From positions 7,171 to 71,170 of the forward strand of contig JBILRW010000004.1 in NCBI GenBank assembly GCA_044372405.1: DNA of 64,000 nt, given 5' to 3'. The stretch comes from Alphaproteobacteria bacterium (lineage in GTDB: Bacteria > Pseudomonadota > Alphaproteobacteria > JAJTHO01 > CANGYM01). Within the stretch, counting starts at the first letter, position 1. Every line of letters begins with the position of its first letter. The notes under the pieces were generated by a model. That model was not told where the DNA came from and searched no databases. It saw only the letters and a program-made list of their open reading frames with translations. Shown piece after piece: positions 18,810-27,949 of the stretch. The position numbers and the translations under genes are program-made.

Positions 18810-19784
18810 TTAAGGCGCAATAAAAAAACTCTCCAAAGAAACAGGGTAATACGGAATTTCTGAGGTTTTTGCGGTTCTCAGCCGTTCTTCATAAAGATGC
18901 CGGATCAGGGATTCCCGGGCCGAAAGGGCTGTTTCGCATCCTGTATCCCACGTCATTTCCACCTTTTCTGGCAGGCTGTCCTGAATGGAAACCAAGGGTC
19001 CATGAAACAGGGGGAGCCAGTGTTCCATGCCCGGAAACGGATGGCCTGACTCAATGGCCTGATAAAAGGGATCGCTGGTGTAGTGTCCGGCAGACAGGAT
19101 GCGGTAGGCTTCTTTGAATCGTTGAATGCTGGCTTCTGTCAAGATGACTTCACACACCGGGGAAAGGGTGATGCTTTTCACCGCACGCACGGTGCATTGG
19201 GATAGGGGATCAAAGGCCCGGAGACTTTCGATGCCATCCCCAAAACGGTCAATCCGAATGGGATACTGAGAAAACGGTGGGAACACATCCATAATGCTGC
19301 CGCGCAAACAAAACTCGCCCCGTTGCCGAACGGTACTGGTGCGGGCGTAGCCCCCCTGGCGAAACCAATCCTGAACCACAGCATCGGGCAGCGTATCCCC
19401 CACGCGGATTTCATGCACCTGGTCTGTAAAAAAGGATGGCGGAGCCACCTTTTGCAGCAGCGCCGGGGCGGCAATAACCATGATGGTTGGCCGGTCGGCA
19501 AATCCCAAATGCAGGCGAGATAACGTGGCCAGACGTTCTGCCATAATATCTTTGTCAGGACTGATGCGCGCATAAGGATCGGTATCCCAGGGGGGTAAAC
19601 GCAACACACGGACATTGGGATCAAAAAAGGATAAAACACGGGCACAATAGTCCATGCGGGCCTCGTTTCGGGCCACGTGAACCAACAAGGTATCCACCGG
19701 TGTTTTCTGCCTGGCCTGTATCAGATCGTAAAAAGGACGGTCACTTTCCAGGGTCATGGGCAGGGCTTTGGTTTGAAGAGGCAA
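18810..19784 (-). pseudogene. mfd: transcription-repair coupling factor Mfd, N-terminal fragment only (324 aa)
   Basis: VLRLPPWDTDPYARISPDKDIMAERLATLSRL and GEFCLRGSIMDVFP match the Mfd UvrB-homology module; ORF stops at the MITE and the RecG-like helicase and C-terminal domains (~800 aa) are absent. Confidence 0.7.
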
Positions 19785-19823
19785 AATTTACCGGGTTTGG
19801 AGGGAAAGTAAATAAGATACCAA

Positions 19824-20035
19824 GGTCATTCCATAAACCCGCTTTATATTCTGGGAAGAATGGCGTTGAGATGGCGATTAACGGGGCAGAATTGCAGCAG
19901 ACTTTAAGTGAGTGCATGGTGGGAGAGCCGCCCATTCTCACGCTGAGCATTGATGGCAAAACGCTACGTGGTTCTAAGTCTTATGAGCACCCTGCCACGC
20001 ACTGCGTGAGTATTTTTTGCCATGAATGAACGGCG
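19824..20035 (+). mobile_element. ISAs1-family IS remnant (one end plus internal transposase fragment)
   Basis: ORF fragment ...LSECMVGEPPILTLSIDGKTLRGSKSYEHPATHCVSIFCHE matches the ISAs1-family transposase (H-repeat protein) segment IAIDGKTLRxSYD...AIHxVSAF; terminus ggtcattccataaacccgctttatattctgggaagaatgg shared with 23443-23547. Confidence 0.55.
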
Positions 20036-20157
20036 GTGGCGGGAGTTACGTTTTTTTTTACAGAAAACAAAACAGCCAAAAACAAAACATCTCTTGACGT
20101 CAAGGGGCGGTGGTTTATTGTTGAACCCATGATTTTATCCCTTGTTTTTTATTTTTT

Positions 20158-20637
20158 ATGACCGTCCCCTTTGAACCCCGCCGCACCATTGAACAGGTTG
20201 AGGAAGGCCATGACCTGGCCCCCAAGTTTGATGAACACGGTTTGATCCCCGTGGTCACCACCTCCGCGGAAACGGGTGAGGTTTTGATGCTGGGCTATAT
20301 GAATGCCGAGGCGCTGCAAAAAACCATTGAAACGGGCCAGGCCCACTACTATAGCCGCAGCCGTAAGGTCCTCTGGCACAAAGGCGCCAGCAGTGGCCTA
20401 ATTCAACATGTCACAGAAATCCGCATTGACGATGATCAGGATGCTGTGTGGATTCGGGTCAGCATCGGTGGCGATTTGGGCGAAGCCAGCTGTCACGTGG
20501 GATACCGCAGTTGTTTTTACCGCAGCATTCCCCTGGGGGCCCATCAGGGCAAAGTCATCTTGACCTACGAAGAAAAAGAAAAAACCTTTGATCCCCTGGC
20601 GATTTATGGGGATGTGCCGAATCCAACGATTCTTTAA
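20158..20637 (+). CDS. hisI: phosphoribosyl-AMP cyclohydrolase
   Basis: 159 aa, GLIPVVTTSAETGEVLMLGYMNAEAL...YYSRSRKVLWHKG typical HisI; monofunctional. Confidence 0.85.
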   Translation: MTVPFEPRRTIEQVEEGHDLAPKFDEHGLIPVVTTSAETGEVLMLGYMNAEALQKTIETGQAHYYSRSRKVLWHKGASSGLIQHVTEIRIDDDQDAVWIRVSIGGDLGEASCHVGYRSCFYRSIPLGAHQGKVILTYEEKEKTFDPLAIYGDVPNPTIL

Positions 20638-20648
20638 AAGAGAGTGTT

Positions 20649-22109
20649 ATGCCCCACCAAGCCCTGAATTTTGACGAACCGTTGTTGTTTGAATTGCCGG
20701 AGGAGGCCTGCGGCATTGACCTGCCCCCCCCTCCCCAGGTCAACGACCGCTTGGGGGGCATGGCCCGCACAAAGGCCCCTGCCTTGCCCAATGTGTCAGA
20801 GCCCCGGGTGGTGCGGCACTTTACCCGTTTATCCCAAAAAAACTTTTCCATTGATTCGGGGTTTTATCCCTTGGGATCGTGCACCATGAAGCACAATCCC
20901 CGTTTGAACGAACAGGCGGCGCGTCTGCCTGGGTTTGCCAATATCCACCCGCTACAGGAAATGGACACCGTTCCCGGCGCCGTGGCCCTGATGGGGCAAT
21001 TATCGGATTGGCTGAAAAATTTAACGGGCCTGGCCAGTGTGGCCCTGTCCCCCGCTGCCGGAGCCCACGGCGAATTGTGCGGCATGTTGACCATCCGCGC
21101 CGCCCTGCATCACCATGGACATCATCACAAAACCGTCGTTTTGGTGCCGGAATCCGCCCATGGAACAAATCCCGCCACGGCGGCGGCGTGCGGGTTTACG
21201 GTGCGGAATTTACCGGCCAATGATCGGGGGCGGCTGGATCTCTCAGCGTTTTATGATGCCCTCACCGATGATGTGGCCGCCATTATGCTGACCAACCCCA
21301 ACACCTGCGGACTCTTTGAGGATGATATTGTGAAAATCGCGCAGGCACTGCATGCCAAAGGCGCCTATATGTACTGTGATGGGGCCAATTTTAATGCCCT
21401 GGCCGGTGTGGTGCGTCCAGGGGATTTGGGTGTTGATGCCATGCATATCAATTTGCACAAAACATTTTCCACCCCCCACGGCGGCGGCGGACCGGGCAGT
21501 GGTCCGGTGGTGTTTTCTGAGGCTCTTGCGCCCTTTATTCCCTTACCTTGGGTGGTGGGGAATGCTGAGGACGGCCACCGGGTTCTGGATACGAAAACGG
21601 ATGAAGCCGCCCACGCCACGGGCAGGATTAAGGCCTTTTGGGGGCAATTTACCACGTTTGTCCGCGCCGTGGCGTATATGAAAAGTTTTGGAACCACCGG
21701 CATTGCCCAGGCGTCTAAAGATGCTGTTCTCAACGCCAACTACATCCGCGCGGGGTTATCCGATGCGCTGAAGGCCCCCTTTGATGGACCGTGCATGCAC
21801 GAGGTTTTGTTTGACGAATCCAGTCTAAAACCCCTGGGCCTGACCACCATGGATATGGCCAAGGGATTGATTGACAAAGGATTTCACCCCATGACGGTCT
21901 ATTTCCCCCTGGTGGTTCAAGGGGCGATGCTGATTGAACCCACGGAGAGCGAATCCAAACAAACCCTGGATGAATTTATGGTGGCGGTGCGCGATGTGTT
22001 GACCATGTCCCCCGAATCCCTGAAAGAATCCCCCCGGCACACCCCGCGCCGACGTCTGGACGAAGCCCGGGCCGCCCGAACGCCGGTATTAAGGGCGTCT
22101 ACGCACTGA
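20649..22109 (+). CDS. gcvPB: glycine dehydrogenase (decarboxylating) subunit 2
   Basis: 486 aa, PLGSCTMKHNPRLNE and PLP-lysine region HINLHKTFSTPHGGGGPG; no gcvPA, gcvT or gcvH adjacent. Confidence 0.9.
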   Translation: MPHQALNFDEPLLFELPEEACGIDLPPPPQVNDRLGGMARTKAPALPNVSEPRVVRHFTRLSQKNFSIDSGFYPLGSCTMKHNPRLNEQAARLPGFANIHPLQEMDTVPGAVALMGQLSDWLKNLTGLASVALSPAAGAHGELCGMLTIRAALHHHGHHHKTVVLVPESAHGTNPATAAACGFTVRNLPANDRGRLDLSAFYDALTDDVAAIMLTNPNTCGLFEDDIVKIAQALHAKGAYMYCDGANFNALAGVVRPGDLGVDAMHINLHKTFSTPHGGGGPGSGPVVFSEALAPFIPLPWVVGNAEDGHRVLDTKTDEAAHATGRIKAFWGQFTTFVRAVAYMKSFGTTGIAQASKDAVLNANYIRAGLSDALKAPFDGPCMHEVLFDESSLKPLGLTTMDMAKGLIDKGFHPMTVYFPLVVQGAMLIEPTESESKQTLDEFMVAVRDVLTMSPESLKESPRHTPRRRLDEARAARTPVLRASTH

Positions 22110-22139
22110 GTTTTATGGTTCGGGGGGCGGTGGTAAACA

Positions 22140-22781
22140 CTACCCCAAAAAATGCTCGATCACCCTTCGGCCATCGGTGCCCAGGCCCAAATCGGGATCC
22201 ACGGCGCGCTCTGGATGGGGCATTAATCCCAAAACAGTTTTGGTTTCATTGTAAACGCCGGCAATGTCATCAACGGAACCATTGGGATTGTTTGTATAGC
22301 GATAGGCGATGCCGTCTTGATCCTGCAGACGTGCCAAGCCTGGAGAATCCAACAGATAGCATCCATCATGATGGGCAATGGGCATAGCAAAAGACCCCTG
22401 ACCACGGCCATCACACAGGGTGATGATGCGGTGGATAAATTTCAGGCCTTGGTTACGCATCAGGGCGCCGGGCAAAAGGTGGGCCTCTGTCAGGATTTGA
22501 AAGCCATTGCAAACCCCCAAAACTTTTCGGCCTTGCTGAATGTGACGGCGAATCTCTGGCATAAGGGCGGCATGGGCGGCCATGGCGCCACAGCGCAGGT
22601 AATCCCCGTAGCTAAAGCCCCCTGGCAAGGCAACAAGGTCCACGGTGGGTAGGATCGTATCCTGGTGCCAGACCTTGATGGGGGGAATGCCTGTCACCTG
22701 ATGCAGCGCCACAACCATATCGCGGTCGCAATTGGATCCCGGGAAAACAATCACCGCGCTACGCATGGGTGGCTTTTTCAT
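22140..22781 (-). CDS. purQ: phosphoribosylformylglycinamidine synthase subunit PurQ
   Basis: class-I glutamine amidotransferase, [15 protein letters not shown]...GVCNGFQIL catalytic Cys region. Confidence 0.85.
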   Translation of the reverse strand: MKKPPMRSAVIVFPGSNCDRDMVVALHQVTGIPPIKVWHQDTILPTVDLVALPGGFSYGDYLRCGAMAAHAALMPEIRRHIQQGRKVLGVCNGFQILTEAHLLPGALMRNQGLKFIHRIITLCDGRGQGSFAMPIAHHDGCYLLDSPGLARLQDQDGIAYRYTNNPNGSVDDIAGVYNETKTVLGLMPHPERAVDPDLGLGTDGRRVIEHFLG

Positions 22782-23379
22782 CCCCTGGCAATACCGAGCG
22801 GATCCCCTCCCAGGGGCTTTCAAAATCAAAGGTGCGAAACGCTTGGTTTAAGTGCACAGGCTCGTACACAACCCCCTGACGATCGGGGTCATAACGCACC
22901 TCAACATAACCGGTGAGGGGGAAATCTTTACGGAGCGGGTGCCCCTCAAACCCATAATCCGTCAAAATCCGGCGCAAATCAGGGTGATCCGCAAATCGGA
23001 TGCCAAACATGTCCCAGGTCTCTCTTTCCCACCAATTGGCGACGGGAAAAAGGGGGATCATTGTGGGAACAAGCAGGCCCTCTTTCACCTCGACTTTAAC
23101 CCGCACACGGACATTGTGGCGCAGCGATAAAAATTGATAGACCACATCAAAACGACAATCACGCGCAGGATAATCAACACCCGCAATATCGATTAACTGG
23201 TGACACAGTGTGGCAGAATCATCCCGAAGAAAACGAACCACATCCATGAGATTATGGGAATCCGTACGAAAGCTGATCTCCCCAAATCGGGTGGATTCCA
23301 GGGTCACAAGATCGCCAAAGGGGGCCTTGATGGCCTGAATCATCGTGTCAATCACAGAAAAAGGAGGGGCGTATACCAT
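22759..23379 (-). CDS. nuoC: NADH-quinone oxidoreductase subunit C
   Basis: 206 aa; [64 protein letters not shown] are NuoC hallmarks; no other nuo genes flank it; its 3' end overlaps purQ. Confidence 0.85.
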   Translation of the reverse strand: MVYAPPFSVIDTMIQAIKAPFGDLVTLESTRFGEISFRTDSHNLMDVVRFLRDDSATLCHQLIDIAGVDYPARDCRFDVVYQFLSLRHNVRVRVKVEVKEGLLVPTMIPLFPVANWWERETWDMFGIRFADHPDLRRILTDYGFEGHPLRKDFPLTGYVEVRYDPDRQGVVYEPVHLNQAFRTFDFESPWEGIRSVLPGDEKATHA

Positions 23380-23442
23380 AGCAGGTGATTTTTTTGGTGT
23401 TATTATCCCGTAGCATGCTTAAACGGGGTTGGCAAGACGGTG

Positions 23443-23547
23443 GGTCAGGGTCATTCCATAAACCAGGATTAGACGAGGAATCCGATGGCTGTGGAGGTCA
23501 ACACCATTCTTCCCAGAATGTAAAGCGGGTTCATTGAATGACCCTGA
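23443..23547. mobile_element. 105-bp palindromic IS-end-derived element (solo ISAs1-like terminus pair)
   Basis: gggtcattccataaacc...ggttcattgaatgaccc termini inverted; internal segment is the reverse complement of the IS end at 19824-19895. Confidence 0.5.
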
Positions 23548-23640
23548 TAAGACACTGGATCTTTTTTTGCGCTTTCTGCAAAAGGTGTATAGGATCACCC
23601 GCATTCAGAAGCCATCCCACAAACAAAAAAGGACCCAAGC

Positions 23641-24210
23641 ATGTCACGTTCTTTAAATCTGAAACGGATTCAACTTTCTGGGGGATTGGCGCTGGGAGCC
23701 GTGTTGGCCTTGATTGTTTTGCCACCAACCTGGCCCGAAGGCACCGTCATGCACGCGCTTCTCCGGGCCCTGGGCAGTCTTTTGATTGGTCTGGCGGCGT
23801 TGGGGCGTTTGTATTCGACGGCGTTTTTGGGTGGGTTTAAAAATCAGAAGCTTGTGGTGGCGGGTCCCTTTTCCGTGGTGCGCAATCCGCTGTATGTTTT
23901 TTCTTTTATTGGGGTCTTGGGTATTGCCCTGGCCACGGCCCAGGTTGTGTTGATGGTGGCAGCACCTGCCTTATTTTTACTGCTGATGCACCGTTTGATC
24001 GGTCGGGAAGAGGTTTTTTTGCGCGAAAGGTTCGGTGACGAATATCAAAACTACTGCGCCCAAACGCCCCGTTTTGTTCCCAGGCTTTCTTTATACCAGG
24101 CCCCAGATACCATGGATATGTGTCCGCAGTATCTGCGCAACGCCCTGAAAGACGCCATTTGGTGGTTTTCCGCCATACCTGTGTTGGATCTTCTTTCCAG
24201 GTTTCATTAA
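23641..24210 (+). CDS. membrane methyltransferase, isoprenylcysteine carboxyl methyltransferase (ICMT/PEMT) family
   Basis: 189 aa, 4-5 TM helices, C-terminal GPFSVVRNPLYV...REE..L...FGDEY motif typical of ICMT-fold methyltransferases. Confidence 0.6.
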   Translation: MSRSLNLKRIQLSGGLALGAVLALIVLPPTWPEGTVMHALLRALGSLLIGLAALGRLYSTAFLGGFKNQKLVVAGPFSVVRNPLYVFSFIGVLGIALATAQVVLMVAAPALFLLLMHRLIGREEVFLRERFGDEYQNYCAQTPRFVPRLSLYQAPDTMDMCPQYLRNALKDAIWWFSAIPVLDLLSRFH

Positions 24211-24226
24211 AAGGCCCCTCTCAAAA

Positions 24227-24331
24227 CCTCAATGTTTCGTCTTTGCGAGCCTCCGTAGGAGGCGTGGCAATCCACTCTTTCCTTTGTCGGCCTTTCTGGA
24301 TTGCTTCGCTGCGCTCGCAATTGACGTTCTG
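24227..24331. repeat. type-1 palindromic element, copy 4
   Basis: cgtctttgcgagcctccgtaggaggcgtggcaatcca...ctggattgcttcgctgcgctcgcaattgacgttctgcgtaagtcct. Confidence 0.85.
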
Positions 24332-24430
24332 CGTAAGTCCTGAGACATAAAAAATGGCTCTGTTGTCTAACAGGGGCCTGGGCCACCATCTGTAACAAAA
24401 GTCACTTTTTGCAAAAAAAAGGTGAAAAAG

Positions 24431-24823
24431 TTAGCCGGCTTGCTGATCGCATACCTTTTGGACTTCCCGCCAGGTGTCGGCCATGGTGGTCATGGAATCA
24501 ATGACGGCATCGCAGATGTCGGGGTCATTTTTGATATTGATTTTGGCCAACATGGTTTGCAAAAACTGGTAATAGTTTTCCAGAACATCGCACATTTGAT
24601 CCGTGGCGGCGTTGCGATCCAGGCAGCTCATCAGGCCCGTCACCAAAGTCATACATTTTTCGGTTTCGTTGTAACGGGCTTCATATTGGTTGGCCAGGAC
24701 GTGTTCTTTGGCCTGTTTGATGTAGCTGACGCCTTTTTCCATCAGGCGGGCAATCTGCTCCCCCGGGGGCAGGCTGGTGACGTTGTTGGCCTTGTAGGCA
24801 CTCTGGGCGTATTTTTTGTGCAT
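24431..24823 (-). CDS. fliS: flagellar export chaperone FliS
   Basis: 130 aa from MHKKYAQSAYKANN...; four-helix pattern matching FliS (…LYxxxxxxLxxAN…W); upstream ORF extension is translated repeat. Confidence 0.7.
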   Translation of the reverse strand: MHKKYAQSAYKANNVTSLPPGEQIARLMEKGVSYIKQAKEHVLANQYEARYNETEKCMTLVTGLMSCLDRNAATDQMCDVLENYYQFLQTMLAKINIKNDPDICDAVIDSMTTMADTWREVQKVCDQQAG

Positions 24824-24865
24824 GGGGGTAAGGATACAGGAAGACAATAAAAAAAGGATTATTGC

Positions 24866-24995
24866 GGCACCTCTAAAAACCCCCAATTTTTCGTCATTGC
24901 AAGTCGCAACGCGACGAAGCAATCCAGGGTTTTCGGGGGCTGTGGCCTTTCTGGATTGCTTCGCTGCGCTCGCAAAGACGGTTTTTAGAGGTGCC
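24866..24995. repeat. type-1 palindromic element, copy 5 (both arms of gaagcaatccag type, outer IR ggcacctctaaaaac)
   Basis: tttcgtcattgcaagtcgcaacgcgacgaagcaatccag...ctggattgcttcgctgcgctcgcaaagacggtttttagaggtgcc. Confidence 0.8.
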
Positions 24996-25086
24996 CTTTC
25001 TGATGAACACCCCGATGATGAACACCCCGACTGGACAATGTTTTGCCGCCGGGATAGGGTAGACGAGACGATTGAGTAAGGTCCCC

Positions 25087-27156
25087 ATGAAACGCTTTTT
25101 TTTCCTTTTTTTTAGTTTTTGGATTGCCGGTTTGGGGCTTGGCGATGCCCAGGCGGCGGCACTGCGCATTGCACCCCGTGTGGTTCATGCGGAGCAGGCC
25201 TCCGCCACGCTGATTGCCGCCCAAGAGGGCTGGTATCCTGGGGCCGTGCATTATTTTGCCCTGGAACTCACCCATACCCCGGGATGGCATACCTATTGGA
25301 AAAACCCGGGGGATTCGGGCCTGCCGACGCAATTGCAGGTGGATATTCCCTCTTCCTTTACGTTATCATCGCTGTCTTGGCCTGCGCCGGAAAAATTGCC
25401 GGTGTCTCATTTGGTCAATTATGGGTATCAGGGCACCATCCGCCTTTATTTTTCCATCACCGCCCCTTCGCCCCTGCCGGATTTGACAAGGCCCATTCAG
25501 ATCAAGGCCACGTGGCTGGCCTGCCAAGACATCTGTATTCCTGAGGACGCAACCTTTGTTCTGCCCGCCCAACTTTTATCCCAGCCGGCATCCCCGGATG
25601 CGGATTTTATGGAAAGGCGGCAGATGGATTTGACCTATCCCACGTTAACGGGTCATTTTTTTGTTCAGGATCATGCGCTTAATGTCTTTTTGACCTCTGT
25701 GCCCAGGAATGTTGAAAAGGGGTATTTTTTTATTGATAAGCCTGGTGTTGCCCCCCCCAGTGCGCCCCAAAGCCTGAATCAAAATGGTAAAGATCTGTTG
25801 ATTCAAATCCCGCTAGAGGATGGGGTTACGCTGCCGCTGAAGGACCCTCTTTCGGGGTTCATCACCCTCAACGGCACGCCTTATACCGTGTCTTTGCCTG
25901 TGGGATCGTCCGATGTGCCGCTTTATAAAGAGCGTTTTGCATCCCTGGGCTGGGGCCAGGCCTGGCTGTATGCGTTTTTGGGCGGGCTGATTTTAAACAT
26001 TATGCCCTGTGTGTTTCCGATTTTATCGCTGAAGGCCCTTTCCATTGCCCATTTGCGGGGCAAAGACGAACGTGAAGCCCGCTTGGACGGCGTTGTGTAT
26101 GCGGGGGGGATTATCACGGGCTTTGTGATCATGGCAGGTCTGATGGCGGGCCTTCGCCAGGCCGGTATCGCCGTGGGCTGGGGATTTCAATTGCAAGAGC
26201 CCTGGTTTCTTGTCACCTTAATCCTGATTCTTTTTTCGGTGATTCAGGGATTGCGCGGCATTCTGCCCGTGCATCTGACTATTGCCGTGGCCCATCATCA
26301 GGGGTACCGGGGGGCTTTTTTAACGGGATTGCTGGCGACGGTGCTGGCCTCCCCCTGCACGGTACCCTTTATGGCGCCGGCCATTGGGTTTGCGCTGACC
26401 TTGCCCGTGTTTAGTTTGATTTTGGTTTTTGTGATGCTGGGGCTGGGCATGGCCTTTCCGTATCTGCTGATTAGTATGGTGCCTGCCCTTCATCGTTTGT
26501 TGCCCGCCCCGGGTCCCTGGATGCAGCGGGTGAAGGATTTCATGGTGTATCCCTTGCTGGCGACCATTTTGTGGCTGCTGTGGGTTTTGGGACAACAGGC
26601 GGGCCTGGCGGCGGTGATGCTGGTGCTGCTGGGGATGCTGTGTCTTTCGCTGCTGTTGTGGGGGCTGGCGTTTTCCAGGATTTCTGCACTGCGGACGGGC
26701 TTTTGGGTCGTCATTGTGTCCCTGCTGGTGGTGATGCCCGTGTTAACGTATAAAATTGATCGGGGGACCGTTTCCGAAGCCAACCTGGCCCCTGCCTTTT
26801 CCCTGGATACCCTGAATGCGCTGCGGGCCAAGGATCAACCCGTTTTTGTTTATGCCACGGCGGACTGGTGCATTACGTGTAAAGTCAATGAGGGCACCAC
26901 GCTGCATCGCCGAGAGATTCAGCAGTTTTTTGTTCAAAACAACATTGCCGTTTTGCGGGCCGACTGGACGCGCCGTGATGATACCATTACCCGCTATCTG
27001 GAGACCTTTAACCGCAGCGGCGTTCCCGTGTATGTCTTTTACCCGTCGGGGGATCGTCCGCCCGTGTTGCTGCCCCAAATCCTGACCCCTGCCCGGGTTT
27101 TACAGACCCTGACCCCCCTGCTGAAGGATTCCCCCTGCAGCAGCACATCCTGTTAA
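25087..27156 (+). CDS. dsbD: thiol:disulfide interchange protein DsbD
   Basis: N-terminal periplasmic alpha domain with signal peptide, central TM domain (CVFPILSLK, SPCTVPF), C-terminal thioredoxin with DWCITCK. Confidence 0.85.
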   Translation: MKRFFFLFFSFWIAGLGLGDAQAAALRIAPRVVHAEQASATLIAAQEGWYPGAVHYFALELTHTPGWHTYWKNPGDSGLPTQLQVDIPSSFTLSSLSWPAPEKLPVSHLVNYGYQGTIRLYFSITAPSPLPDLTRPIQIKATWLACQDICIPEDATFVLPAQLLSQPASPDADFMERRQMDLTYPTLTGHFFVQDHALNVFLTSVPRNVEKGYFFIDKPGVAPPSAPQSLNQNGKDLLIQIPLEDGVTLPLKDPLSGFITLNGTPYTVSLPVGSSDVPLYKERFASLGWGQAWLYAFLGGLILNIMPCVFPILSLKALSIAHLRGKDEREARLDGVVYAGGIITGFVIMAGLMAGLRQAGIAVGWGFQLQEPWFLVTLILILFSVIQGLRGILPVHLTIAVAHHQGYRGAFLTGLLATVLASPCTVPFMAPAIGFALTLPVFSLILVFVMLGLGMAFPYLLISMVPALHRLLPAPGPWMQRVKDFMVYPLLATILWLLWVLGQQAGLAAVMLVLLGMLCLSLLLWGLAFSRISALRTGFWVVIVSLLVVMPVLTYKIDRGTVSEANLAPAFSLDTLNALRAKDQPVFVYATADWCITCKVNEGTTLHRREIQQFFVQNNIAVLRADWTRRDDTITRYLETFNRSGVPVYVFYPSGDRPPVLLPQILTPARVLQTLTPLLKDSPCSSTSC

Positions 27157-27176
27157 TCTCAAAAGAAAGCATCCCT

Positions 27177-27887
27177 ATGAAATTTTTCCCCCTTTTTGTT
27201 TTGACTTTGATGATGGCGCTTATACCCTCAGTGGCCCAGGCCAGTGACGATGGTTCCCCCCAGGATATTTTGACGGTTTCTGCCCAGGGGGAAGTGCGCA
27301 TTCCCGCCAACCTGGCCACCGTTTCCCTGGCCATTGAAACCACGGGAAAAACGGCGGAGGCCGCCCAGACCGACGCCGCCCGCAGGGCCAATGCCGTGGT
27401 GGCTTTTTTGAAAACAGAGAACGTGAAGAACCTGCAAACCACGCAGGTGACCCTGAATCCGGAGTATCGTTTTGATCAGGGGAAAAATACCCTGATTGGC
27501 TACCGGGCGGTGCAGTCGTTATCGTTTGAAACCTCAGCGACGGAGGCCGGTCGCCAGATTGATCAGGCCGTTGTTAAGGGGGCGTCCCGTGTGGATTTCC
27601 TCACCTTCCGCGCCGATGAAGACAGCCGGAAAAAAGCGGAAACTGAGGCCCTGACCCGCGCCGCTGAAAACGCCCGGGCCAAGGGAAAAACGGTGCTTGA
27701 GGCCCTGGGATTAACCTGGCAGCGCATTGCCTTTATCAATGTGAATCCCCTGGAAACCCTGCCCCCCCAGCCCAGAAATTTCCAAATCCGCGCCATGAGT
27801 GCCGACGCCGCCCCAGCCCCCTCCCCCACCTTGGGCGGTCAGGATACAGTGAGCGTCTCGGTTCAAATGGGGATTGTGTATCGGTAA
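27177..27887 (+). CDS. SIMPL-domain periplasmic protein (BP26/Omp28-like)
   Basis: 236 aa with signal peptide; ILTVSAQGEVRIPANLATVSLAIE...LTRAAENARAKG matches the SIMPL (DUF541) family. Confidence 0.8.
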   Translation: MKFFPLFVLTLMMALIPSVAQASDDGSPQDILTVSAQGEVRIPANLATVSLAIETTGKTAEAAQTDAARRANAVVAFLKTENVKNLQTTQVTLNPEYRFDQGKNTLIGYRAVQSLSFETSATEAGRQIDQAVVKGASRVDFLTFRADEDSRKKAETEALTRAAENARAKGKTVLEALGLTWQRIAFINVNPLETLPPQPRNFQIRAMSADAAPAPSPTLGGQDTVSVSVQMGIVYR

Positions 27888-27892
27888 CCCTG

Positions 27893-27925
27893 GGAGCGCC
27901 GAATCCGGGATGACGAAAAACATAG
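27893..27925. repeat. fragment of type-2 MITE terminus
   Basis: gagcgccgaatccgggatgacgaaaaacat resembles the right terminus gctggtccgggatgacgaaaaacat of the 18.6 kb copy. Confidence 0.4.
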
Positions 27926-27949
27926 GGGCAAGTCTAAAAACCTTGAGCC

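Noticed and set aside
25008-25040. Short tandem duplication gatgaacaccccga x2 upstream of dsbD
   Set aside because: Only two units and no other copies seen. Likely a trivial slippage duplication.
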